DNA from: a virus
Strand: one strand, 5' to 3'
Virus record (IMG/VR): IMGVR_UViG_3300012147_000001
Span: 8,004-72,003 of that record
DNA length: 64,000 nt
The notes beneath the pieces were generated by a model. It was not told the DNA's origin. It saw only the letters and a program-made list of their open reading frames with translations, and did not search any database. The position numbers and the translations under genes are program-made. This document shows, piece after piece, positions 29,135 to 36,282 of the stretch. Numbering within the stretch: position 1 is the stretch's first letter; each line of letters opens with the position of its first letter.

Positions 29135-29407
29135 TTAGAAAGAGATGTCTGAACCATCGTCTTTTGTAGCAACACGAATAGTGATTTTACCTTTAACTTC
29201 AATTTCACCATTTTTAGATGCTTTTGCCTTGTTAACAAGACTACGTTGAAGCTTACTACCTTCTTCATACAAAGGATTGAATGCTTGATAACGATGTGCA
29301 ACACCATTACTATCAACAAAATCAATGTTTACATAAGCATCACATTGCTTTTTGTTAGGTTTAGCCGAATAACCACCATTATTTGCATTTTCAACTTGTT
29401 GAGCCAT
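29135..29407 (-). CDS. N4 gp2/Drc-like ssDNA-binding RNAP II cofactor
   Basis: DAYVNI....NG pattern, acidic-Phe C-terminus; has its own hairpin promoter and terminator upstream of RNAP1. Confidence 0.6.
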   Translation of the reverse strand: MAQQVENANNGGYSAKPNKKQCDAYVNIDFVDSNGVAHRYQAFNPLYEEGSKLQRSLVNKAKASKNGEIEVKGKITIRVATKDDGSDISF

Positions 29408-29458
29408 TTTTTGAATCCTCCAAGGATATTAAGACACGAGCAAAATTGCTCTAATATG

Positions 29459-29478
29459 TCATTAAGGCGTGAAACGCC
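29459..29478 (-). promoter_or_regulatory. vRNAP-type hairpin promoter
   Basis: Template (+) TC-ATTAA-GGCGT-GAA-ACGCC. Confidence 0.8.
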
Positions 29479-29536
29479 AAGAACTTGGAATGTTACGCAG
29501 ATATATAATTCGAAGAGAGAATGTGTTTGTGTAAGA

Positions 29537-29566
29537 GTTTTAAGAACCGATAAAGGTTCTTAAAAC
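29537..29566. terminator. 12-bp inverted repeat, probable terminator
   Basis: GTTTTAAGAACC/GGTTCTTAAAAC just after the SLOG gene stop. Confidence 0.55.
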
Positions 29567-29576
29567 ATTAACGTAA

Positions 29577-30068
29577 CTAGTAATTCAGACTATTCAATTT
29601 AGCAATTGATTCCCTAATACTTTGCTCACTTTCATGAGTAAACATAATTACTCCACTGTAATCATATACAAGTACAGGTTTATCCTTTTTAATCATTGCC
29701 ACTATCATGTTTTTAGTTCCACTACTTCCATTCCATACAGCAATTAATTTATCAGCAATATCAGACATTAATCTATTACGATTAAAACCTGCTAGTTTGT
29801 TATATGGTTTACCATTACGTATTGCCATTTTTACTGGATTATCCGCGGTACTACAAATGTCATCCCACTTAGCTGGAAACTCATCCACACCTACTTCAAA
29901 AGAAATTAAAACATTACTAAAAGTAGTATCAGCACCTATAGCTCTACCACTAATTCCAGTCAACTCATGAGCTGGTGGAAGAAAGTGATTACTGTATGCA
30001 TTATGAATAATTCCTTCAGCTATTTCTTTATTATAAAAATCTCTACCACCTGCAAATATTACTTTCAT
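29577..30068 (-). CDS. SLOG-family (YspA/DUF2493-like) protein
   Basis: VIFAGGRDF, SG.A.GAD, AGF.RN..M, S.GT.NMI. Confidence 0.82.
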   Translation of the reverse strand: MKVIFAGGRDFYNKEIAEGIIHNAYSNHFLPPAHELTGISGRAIGADTTFSNVLISFEVGVDEFPAKWDDICSTADNPVKMAIRNGKPYNKLAGFNRNRLMSDIADKLIAVWNGSSGTKNMIVAMIKKDKPVLVYDYSGVIMFTHESEQSIRESIAKLNSLNY

Positions 30069-30071
30069 AAA

Positions 30072-30461
30072 TTACTCCAATTGTTCTATTTCAGTATAAA
30101 TACCTGTTGTTTTAGCTAAACCAGTAACACTTTCAATTGAATGTTTTAAGTCCTGTAAATCAGGCCATTCATTGCAATCAATTCTATGGTAAGTAATTGG
30201 TATCCAGCATTTCTTGTGCCAATCACAATGAAAAGGTAATAGCTTGATACCATTTACATCAGAGTACCAAAGCCCATCATTATTTATGTAAACAAAGAAT
30301 GTTTTATTGACAGGTTTAGGTACACTAATTTCACCAACAACAAGTAAATGTTTATTATGCTGTGAATCAATATAATCAAAGTTCTTAATAGCAGATATGT
30401 AACTAGAGTTAATCATAACGTTTGGAAGTTCAAGCACCTCCTGTATGTATTCTTGAATCAC
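30072..30461 (-). CDS. Hypothetical protein (apparent paralog of 30430..30846)
   Basis: Shared PNV, G..Y and TTG(I/L)Y.E motifs. Confidence 0.65.
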   Translation of the reverse strand: MIQEYIQEVLELPNVMINSSYISAIKNFDYIDSQHNKHLLVVGEISVPKPVNKTFFVYINNDGLWYSDVNGIKLLPFHCDWHKKCWIPITYHRIDCNEWPDLQDLKHSIESVTGLAKTTGIYTEIEQLE

Positions 30462-30846
30462 CGTACTCCACCTTATTTTCTAAATACAATCCAGTTGTAT
30501 GAATTAAATCAAGCATGTTTAAAAGCTTGTTTCTAAGCATACTTAATTCAACATCTCTTTTAGCTTCATGAACACTACAACATGTAAATGCAAGACGAGA
30601 TTGTAAATGGTTTCTACTATTCCAAGGAACAAACATTACATCGTTACCATTTGGATAGTAAAAACCTCTTGTATTGCAAACACCGTATTTTGTTGGATGT
30701 CTCATTAATTTACCAAGATGTAAAACACCATTTTTAGCTTCTGCCATAAAACGACTGTTGTAATCAAACTCATAAAACTTTACAACGAAAACATTTGGAC
30801 ATTTATTAAGATTACCAACATATTGACTTATTAATGAACCTAACAT
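30430..30846 (-). CDS. Hypothetical protein
   Basis: GAGG RBS upstream. Confidence 0.7.
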   Translation of the reverse strand: MLGSLISQYVGNLNKCPNVFVVKFYEFDYNSRFMAEAKNGVLHLGKLMRHPTKYGVCNTRGFYYPNGNDVMFVPWNSRNHLQSRLAFTCCSVHEAKRDVELSMLRNKLLNMLDLIHTTGLYLENKVEYGDSRIHTGGA

Positions 30847-30855
30847 TTTTACCTC

Positions 30856-31056
30856 TCAATCTATTAACGAACACTCGCCATTACTGGTTTGTATTCTGTT
30901 TCTTTCAACGCCATTATTAACATACTCAGTTACACATTCAGACTCTGCTTTATACAACTCAAAGTCATTTATAGCTGTAACAACAAATAAAACAAACACC
31001 ATAAAAAACATGGCACACAACGCAAATGCTACTGTATTTCTAAATGAACGTTCCAT
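30856..31056 (-). CDS. Small membrane-anchored protein
   Basis: N-terminal TM helix, two further Cys; GGAG RBS. Confidence 0.7.
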   Translation of the reverse strand: MERSFRNTVAFALCAMFFMVFVLFVVTAINDFELYKAESECVTEYVNNGVERNRIQTSNGECSLID

Positions 31057-31065
31057 AAATACTCT

Positions 31066-31086
31066 CCAACAGATAGCGAAGCTATC
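31066..31086 (-). promoter_or_regulatory. vRNAP hairpin promoter with canonical GC-GAA-GC loop
   Basis: Template CC-AACA-GATAGC-GAA-GCTATC, N4 early-promoter-like. Confidence 0.8.
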
Positions 31087-31092
31087 AATAAT

Positions 31093-31114
31093 AAAAAAGG
31101 GCTAAAAAGCCCTT
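31093..31114 (-). terminator. Intrinsic terminator
   Basis: AAGGGCT/AGCCCTT stem plus T tract on the minus strand. Confidence 0.8.
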
Positions 31115-31268
31115 AGAAATAACCTGATACTTGATGTGCATAAACACCTCTGTTAAATGCACTCTCAAATAACTGTCTTTGTACCAATGTATCTCTTAAA
31201 CCATACTCTTTAAGAAACTCTTGATACTCTTTTTCTAGTATTTCATTTGGATGAAAGCTATCGCTCAT
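31113..31268 (-). CDS. Small hypothetical protein (51 aa, MSDSFHPNEILEKEY...)
   Basis: Translated by hand; GAGG RBS, overlaps the macro gene stop, ends in the terminator. Confidence 0.65.
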   Translation of the reverse strand: MSDSFHPNEILEKEYQEFLKEYGLRDTLVQRQLFESAFNRGVYAHQVSGYF

Positions 31269-31749
31269 AATTTAACCTCAGTTTATAAACATAAAGTGAA
31301 ATTGTTGGAGGTAACATTTCAAACAATTCCAACATAACATTCCAATCACCACCAGCCAATCCACAACACATGAACTCAGGTACTGCAATTTTAGTAGGTC
31401 TCATTCGTCCACTGTTTACAACAGACTTCATCAAAGCTATTTGCATGAATGCTTTAGCTATTGCACCATAATGAACATTTCTATTAGCACCACCAATACT
31501 ACTTTGACCAATGATATTTAACACACCATCATGTTCAATAACATTACCTAACGAACTTGCATTAAAGTTCCATAACTTACAGAACTTATAATACTTTTCG
31601 TATGCTTCAGGAAACTCATGCTTAACTTGCTTGGCAATGCCAGCTCCCATCAATCCTTTTGTATTACAGCAATGCATCAAGAAATCAACATTACCGTTTT
31701 TTAATGCTTTAACAGCATCACCTTCTACATAAGTAATATTTACCATCAC
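31258..31749 (-). CDS. Macro domain (ADP-ribose processing) protein
   Basis: YVEGDA, HCCN..G.MGAGIA, CGLAGGDW. Confidence 0.9.
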   Translation of the reverse strand: MMVNITYVEGDAVKALKNGNVDFLMHCCNTKGLMGAGIAKQVKHEFPEAYEKYYKFCKLWNFNASSLGNVIEHDGVLNIIGQSSIGGANRNVHYGAIAKAFMQIALMKSVVNSGRMRPTKIAVPEFMCCGLAGGDWNVMLELFEMLPPTISLYVYKLRLNYER

Positions 31750-31949
31750 AATATCTCCAATATCTCAATTTCACCATCCATAAAATACAGACCTTCTGGA
31801 GTATTTTTAGTAAACACATCAACACCAAAATCATCTTTAATAGTGGCTTCAACAATATCACCCACTGCTATCTTTTCATTAAAATAACCACCAGAAGTTA
31901 ACAACTTAACTCTGGCTTTTTTACCTGCATTCTTTCTCAATCTAAACAT
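31746..31949 (-). CDS. Hypothetical small beta-rich protein
   Basis: GAGG RBS upstream. Confidence 0.65.
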   Translation of the reverse strand: MFRLRKNAGKKARVKLLTSGGYFNEKIAVGDIVEATIKDDFGVDVFTKNTPEGLYFMDGEIEILEIL

Positions 31950-31987
31950 AAAAAATCCTCAACTCCCTATTACAGGGAGTATTTAAT

Positions 31988-32113
31988 TTAATCTTCTAAT
32001 AACTTAGCTCTATGAGCTAGTATTTCATTGTATTTCTTTTCAAGACGCTCACGCTCAACATCACTAATAGTCGAGCTATAAAGCTGACGTTCAATTATTT
32101 CTAACATATCCAT
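31988..32113 (-). CDS. Small hypothetical protein (41 aa, MDMLEIIERQLY...)
   Basis: Translated by hand; GGAG RBS; first gene after a hairpin promoter. Confidence 0.7.
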   Translation of the reverse strand: MDMLEIIERQLYSSTISDVERERLEKKYNEILAHRAKLLED

Positions 32114-32134
32114 AGCTAACTCCAGTATTAATTA

Positions 32135-32154
32135 TCATTAAGCGGTGAAACCGC
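32135..32154 (-). promoter_or_regulatory. vRNAP-type hairpin promoter
   Basis: Template TC-ATTAA-GCGGT-GAA-ACCGC. Confidence 0.8.
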
Positions 32155-32166
32155 ATTGTGTTAAAT

Positions 32167-32187
32167 AAAAAGAGAGCCGAAGCTCTC
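32167..32187 (-). terminator. Intrinsic terminator with UUCG loop
   Basis: Minus strand GAGAGC-TTCG-GCTCTC-TTTTT. Confidence 0.88.
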
Positions 32188-32191
32188 ATGT

Positions 32192-32428
32192 TTATACTTT
32201 ACAAAACCATCCATCTCTTTCAGGAACACAATAAATATGTATCATGTCTCCATCAGAGCAAATATGAAGGTTCATATTACCTTTGTCATCTTCATTAGAA
32301 GACACATATTCACCAGATTCTTGCTTGATTTTAATCAACCAACGAAAGAATCTATGCTTTGTTAATGAGTGCTTACACATGAAAGCATCACACCAAGTAC
32401 TAACCTCTTCTGTTCTACTATTTCGCAT
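32192..32428 (-). CDS. Hypothetical early protein
   Basis: GGAG RBS upstream. Confidence 0.65.
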   Translation of the reverse strand: MRNSRTEEVSTWCDAFMCKHSLTKHRFFRWLIKIKQESGEYVSSNEDDKGNMNLHICSDGDMIHIYCVPERDGWFCKV

Positions 32429-32567
32429 GTTTAATCTCCCACAACATACTTCTAAACACTAAATAAAAGTATTTAACTTTATTATTCATTATCCAAGATT
32501 CAAAACTACTACCGTCACTACACTGACGATTAATAAATCTAATTATTACTGGCTTTTTATTAGACAT
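32418..32567 (-). CDS. Small hypothetical protein (49 aa, MSNKKPVIIRF...)
   Basis: Translated by hand; GAGAG RBS; overlaps the next gene start. Confidence 0.55.
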   Translation of the reverse strand: MSNKKPVIIRFINRQCSDGSSFESWIMNNKVKYFYLVFRSMLWEIKHAK

Positions 32568-32760
32568 AATGACTCTCATTATTAATTAAAAGACTAAAGG
32601 AATTTGGGTGCAATTGAGTAAGGGAGCACGAAGACCTTTTAGAGTTTTAACTAGACTCTTAACTAGCTTCTTTGAATTTGGTAGAAGCACCAAGCATACG
32701 TCTATACAACAGCTTAAACATATTGTTCGTCAACAACATGAGTACAGTGAATCACCACTG

Positions 32761-32780
32761 CCATTAAGCCCTGAAAGGGC
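32761..32780 (-). promoter_or_regulatory. vRNAP-type hairpin promoter
   Basis: Template CC-ATTAA-GCCCT-GAA-AGGGC. Confidence 0.82.
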
Positions 32781-32895
32781 ATAGTACTGATTAGTACAGT
32801 ATAGTAACAAGTAAGCTCCATAATAAAGATTACTAAGGTTATAGGTCTCTTATAACTCTCTATCTTGAGGTGTTTGTGTTAAATGTGTTGAATTT

Positions 32896-32920
32896 AAAAC
32901 CTACCGTTTAGGGTAGGTTT
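32896..32920 (-). terminator. Intrinsic terminator after the first early gene
   Basis: AAACCTACC/GGTAGGTTT stem. Confidence 0.75.
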
Positions 32921-32924
32921 AGTG

Positions 32925-33137
32925 CTAAGACTTCTTAGCTTGAGGTTTAACAGTGAGGGATTCCATTAGAGCTACAGCTTCTAATCTCTGCTCCTCACGT
33001 AGAATGTCGATGGCGTCTTCTGCCATCTCAACAGTCTTACGAGTTGTACGTGCAGCAACTACAACAACGTTTAAGGTTTCATCAATAGCTACTGATGACT
33101 TGTCTAATACGTTACCTATAAATGAGAATATGTTCAT
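32925..33137 (-). CDS. First early gene (N4 gp1-like)
   Basis: Position after the outermost hairpin promoter; amphipathic helical sequence; GGAG RBS. Confidence 0.6.
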   Translation of the reverse strand: MNIFSFIGNVLDKSSVAIDETLNVVVVAARTTRKTVEMAEDAIDILREEQRLEAVALMESLTVKPQAKKS

Positions 33138-33170
33138 GATTAACTCCGAAGTTAGAACAAGGCAAGATTG

Positions 33171-33190
33171 CCACTAAGGGCTGAAAGCCC
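33171..33190 (-). promoter_or_regulatory. vRNAP-type hairpin promoter (outermost)
   Basis: Template CC-ACTAA-GGGCT-GAA-AGCCC. Confidence 0.82.
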
Positions 33191-33780
33191 TGTGTATGTT
33201 GAAGGGGTGGCAGTACCAGTAGTAGGTAGGTAGTGCATAGGGGGGGTGTGTTTTTGTTTTTGGGTTTAAAACAGTAAGTATTGCATTCATACTCAAAAAT
33301 GAAATTCCATCTAATAACTTAATTTTTCGTTATAAAACAATGACTTATGTTAGTAAGTAATAAATGTTAAAAAAATTATTATATATTAAGCTCTTAATGG
33401 CTCTGTGTGAGGTTTTAATTGTTAAGTAGGGTGAATGTGTGAGTGTAAGGTAGATAATGGCTCTGTGTGTTGGTTTAGTTGGTTTAATGTTATTTAGTAA
33501 AGCTTGCGGTAGCCCTTTCCTGTAACGAAGTGAGTATAGGAGTAAAAACAAGCTGTGGTTGTTTTTCTCCACTGCACGAGTGGAGGGAAAGCAAGTGAGA
33601 AGCGGATTGACTAATGACGCTTTGAACGGTCTTCTAGGAATAGGAGCGGAGCGACTATGTCCGTGGTTTTCCCAGTCTTAACTAGCTAGTCATTTGAGCA
33701 GGTGTCCGAGCCATGCTAATATGGCGACTTGTATACAACTAGACAAAAGAGTATGACTCAGTTTAAATAATGCTATATAG
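33191..33780. other. Non-coding strand-switch region; probable genome terminus / direct terminal repeat
   Basis: Divergent point between early and late arms, G7 tract, G/T skew; N4-like genomes end in terminal repeats between these blocks. Confidence 0.65.
33395..33469 (+). repeat. 15-bp direct repeat TAATGGCTCTGTGTG, two copies 60 bp apart
   Basis: Copies at 33395-33409 and 33455-33469. Confidence 0.85.
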
Positions 33781-33783
33781 TGG

Positions 33784-33812
33784 TTGACAATCATACTTAC
33801 TAAATGTGTAAT
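33784..33812 (+). promoter_or_regulatory. Sigma70-type promoter
   Basis: TTGACA-17 bp-TGTAAT. Confidence 0.7.
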
Positions 33813-33845
33813 TATTATCAATACAGGTATCCATTAATGCTAATT

Positions 33846-34175
33846 ATGTCACTTACAGTGAACCAAAGATTTACTAAGATAGATAACAATGTAATACATG
33901 ATAATAGGTTATCATCTAATGCAAAGACCATGTATTGCATAATGCAAAGCTTCCCTACAGGTAAACATGCGAGTAATGTTTATTTTATGAAAGCAATGAA
34001 ATTAAGCGAGCGTACTGTTACCAGAACACGTATGGAATTGATTAGAGCTGGTTATTTGGAAATAGAGAAAGTTAGTAAAAGAGAATATAAAGCGTTTCTT
34101 GGTACTAGCACAATTAGCGGATTAGAAGTTAAAAATAGGTACTATAAAGATGAACTACATTCTAAGAAAAGTTGA
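33846..34175 (+). CDS. Winged HTH protein resembling phage replication-initiator N-termini
   Basis: FTKIDN....D.RLS..AK..Y...SERTV.....EL...GYL; start placed downstream of the promoter. Confidence 0.75.
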   Translation: MSLTVNQRFTKIDNNVIHDNRLSSNAKTMYCIMQSFPTGKHASNVYFMKAMKLSERTVTRTRMELIRAGYLEIEKVSKREYKAFLGTSTISGLEVKNRYYKDELHSKKS

Positions 34176-34497
34176 TATGGGTAGTGATGCCTTAAACAGA
34201 GTAATGACTGAAGCTAAGATTAGTAACGGTGCTAAAGTACTTTACACTTTTCTTTTTGGATTGCGTTCTGGCGAGATTATTAATAATGAAAAGCTTATTA
34301 AAGATAATGTTGCTGTTAGTAGAGCTATGGTAAATAACTATAAACGAGAGCTTAAAGCACTTGGCTTACTGCACGAAAATAAAGATGGTGAATCTAATAT
34401 ACGATTTATGTATCTTGGCTCGCTAGGTGTTAATGCTTTAGTTTATGCTAAAGATTGGAAACGTGTTGAAATAAACAATGATTTTGAAGATGAATAA
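34150..34497 (+). CDS. Winged HTH protein, paralog of upstream gene
   Basis: ISNGAKVLY...SR..V....REL...GLL. Confidence 0.7.
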   Translation: MNYILRKVDMGSDALNRVMTEAKISNGAKVLYTFLFGLRSGEIINNEKLIKDNVAVSRAMVNNYKRELKALGLLHENKDGESNIRFMYLGSLGVNALVYAKDWKRVEINNDFEDE

Positions 34498-34516
34498 ATT
34501 AAAGGAGTTTTAAATA

Positions 34517-34726
34517 ATGTTTAGATACCAATGCCATAAAATTGTAGATGCCAAACCAATGAGTAGAGGACAGTATAATGTCTATCGTGGTTGGAAAATA
34601 CCTGATAACGAAAACCCAAAAGATGAAGGTTTTCTTGTTGTGTATAACCAAGGTACTGAAGACCATTATGAGTCATGGAGTCCTAAAAAAATATTTGAAG
34701 AAGGTTACACAAGGATTTATAAGTAA
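34517..34726 (+). CDS. Conserved small phage protein (PM.RG.YN.YRGW...Y.SWSPK..FE..Y family)
   Basis: Recognisable motif; AAGGAG RBS. Confidence 0.75.
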   Translation: MFRYQCHKIVDAKPMSRGQYNVYRGWKIPDNENPKDEGFLVVYNQGTEDHYESWSPKKIFEEGYTRIYK

Positions 34727-35130
34727 TGGCTGATATTACAATAAATACCGTTGTATTAGATGACTGTACAATTGGTGCGTTACAGTGCGGTAAGTTTAGG
34801 TGTTTTACTCTTGAATTACCTTGGATTAATAACGCAAATAGTATTAGTTGTATTCCAAGCGGTACGTATGATTACGTAGTACATCAAAGCCCAAGTTTAG
34901 GTAAAGTAATACACATTCTTGATGTTGAAAAACGAAAATGGATTTATATACATAAAGGTAATTTTAAACGACAAATTAAAGGCTGTATTTTAGTTGGTAC
35001 AATGCTTAAAGATATTGATGGTGATGGTTCACCTGATGTTGGTAGTAGTGGTACAGCATTTAATAATTTAATGAATGCTATTAGTTTAAATGGCGGAACA
35101 ATAACAATTAACGGAAAAGGAAGAACATAA
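34726..35130 (+). CDS. DUF5675 L,D-peptidase-like protein; candidate endolysin
   Basis: TIG.L, FTLELPW..N....SCIP.G.Y, IYIH.GN.....GCILVG. Confidence 0.75.
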   Translation: MADITINTVVLDDCTIGALQCGKFRCFTLELPWINNANSISCIPSGTYDYVVHQSPSLGKVIHILDVEKRKWIYIHKGNFKRQIKGCILVGTMLKDIDGDGSPDVGSSGTAFNNLMNAISLNGGTITINGKGRT

Positions 35131-35131
35131 C

Positions 35132-35329
35132 ATGTCAGACCACGTAAAAAGAATGGAAATAGAGTTTAATGAATTAAATACAAAAATTAATGCATTAAGT
35201 AAGTTTATTCATCTAAAGAATGTATTTCAAACTTTAGATTATTTAGAACAAATTAGAATGATAAAGCAACTAGGTTTTATGCAATCCTATGCTGACGTTC
35301 TTAATACAAGATTAGAGGAAGCAGAATAA
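35132..35329 (+). CDS. crAss001_48-like helical hairpin protein
   Basis: RM..E..EL..KI..L..FI....F..L......M..QL..M..Y...L..RL. Confidence 0.7.
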   Translation: MSDHVKRMEIEFNELNTKINALSKFIHLKNVFQTLDYLEQIRMIKQLGFMQSYADVLNTRLEEAE

Positions 35330-35706
35330 TGAAAAAGTTACCTGACGCATGTTTAGTTGAAGAAGATGTTGCAGACACTACAATGAGTAATGATTTTGTA
35401 AAGTCTGGTTCAGTTTTTCCTAAAGTTAATCCTGAAAGTATTGCTGATTTAATGAGAAAAGTTGAATACGAAACTCACAGAGTTGGTACAACTAGTACTA
35501 TTGTTGCAACAGCAGTGCTAAATTATAAAGGCAGTACATTTACTTTGGCTCACGAATCTACTGCATGTGCTGACCCTCGTAATTTTAATCAAGAAAAAGG
35601 TGAATTTTATGCAATTAAAAAAGCATCTTTAGCTGCAAGAGATAAATTATGGGAACTAGAAGGCTATACTTTGTTTAAAGCACTAGCAGATAGCGTAAGT
35701 AAGTAG
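35329..35706 (+). CDS. Phage_gp49_66 family protein (candidate Acb4-like sponge)
   Basis: P.V....I, ACADP.NFN...G...A, A.DKLWELEGY.L. Confidence 0.78.
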   Translation: MKKLPDACLVEEDVADTTMSNDFVKSGSVFPKVNPESIADLMRKVEYETHRVGTTSTIVATAVLNYKGSTFTLAHESTACADPRNFNQEKGEFYAIKKASLAARDKLWELEGYTLFKALADSVSK

Positions 35707-35747
35707 TACTATCGTTTAGTAAGTAAAAACAAATAGGAGAACTTACA

Positions 35748-36146
35748 ATGTTAAAAAGAGATTTATACGCAGTACTACACCTAGTATTAGCTACCATTTT
35801 AACTACAGTGCATAAAGATATAACTAAAAATAGTACCAGCTATAAAAAGTTTTTAGAAACTCTCAATGCAAGGGTATTTGCTGCTGAAAGTGAAAAAGAA
35901 ATTCGTATAGCTATAAACGAAATTAAGTTTTATCAAACGCCTATAGATAATGCTGTATTAGCTAATTTAATGTGGAAAGCGCGTAAATCATTTTATGAAA
36001 AAAACGTTGTAAGTGATGATGATGCTTCTGATGATGAAGGTGAAACAGAAGCTGATAGTGAAGGGGAAATAGATAATTCGGATTCAAATTCCGAAATACC
36101 AAAACCCCTAGCAAAGCCAAAACGAAAACCAAAATCTAAGGATTAA
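35748..36146 (+). CDS. Hypothetical protein with acidic then basic tail
   Basis: AGGAG RBS upstream. Confidence 0.7.
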   Translation: MLKRDLYAVLHLVLATILTTVHKDITKNSTSYKKFLETLNARVFAAESEKEIRIAINEIKFYQTPIDNAVLANLMWKARKSFYEKNVVSDDDASDDEGETEADSEGEIDNSDSNSEIPKPLAKPKRKPKSKD

Positions 36147-36154
36147 TTATTGTG

Positions 36155-36244
36155 ATGAATGGTAAGAAAAAAGAACCAATGAAACGAAAACCTGTTACTA
36201 GTAAAAAACCAAGTAACAAAAAACCTAAAAAAGAAAAGTACTAA
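36155..36244 (+). CDS. Lysine-rich micropeptide (29 aa)
   Basis: MNGKKKEPMKRKPVTSKKPSNKKPKKEKY; AAGGA upstream; followed by a terminator. Confidence 0.55.
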   Translation: MNGKKKEPMKRKPVTSKKPSNKKPKKEKY

Positions 36245-36247
36245 ACT

Positions 36248-36282
36248 AAAGCCAGAGAACTTAAAACATTTTCTGGCTTTTT
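36248..36282 (+). terminator. Intrinsic terminator
   Basis: AAAGCCAGA/TCTGGCTTT stem plus T tract. Confidence 0.75.

Noticed and set aside
33395-33469. CRISPR-like or guide-RNA array
   Set aside because: Only two 15-bp copies, and no Cas or Nop-domain effector recognised
33345-33572. 75-aa minus-strand ORF in the terminal region
   Set aside because: Lies outside the outermost early promoter, has no clear RBS, and overlaps repeats and skewed DNA
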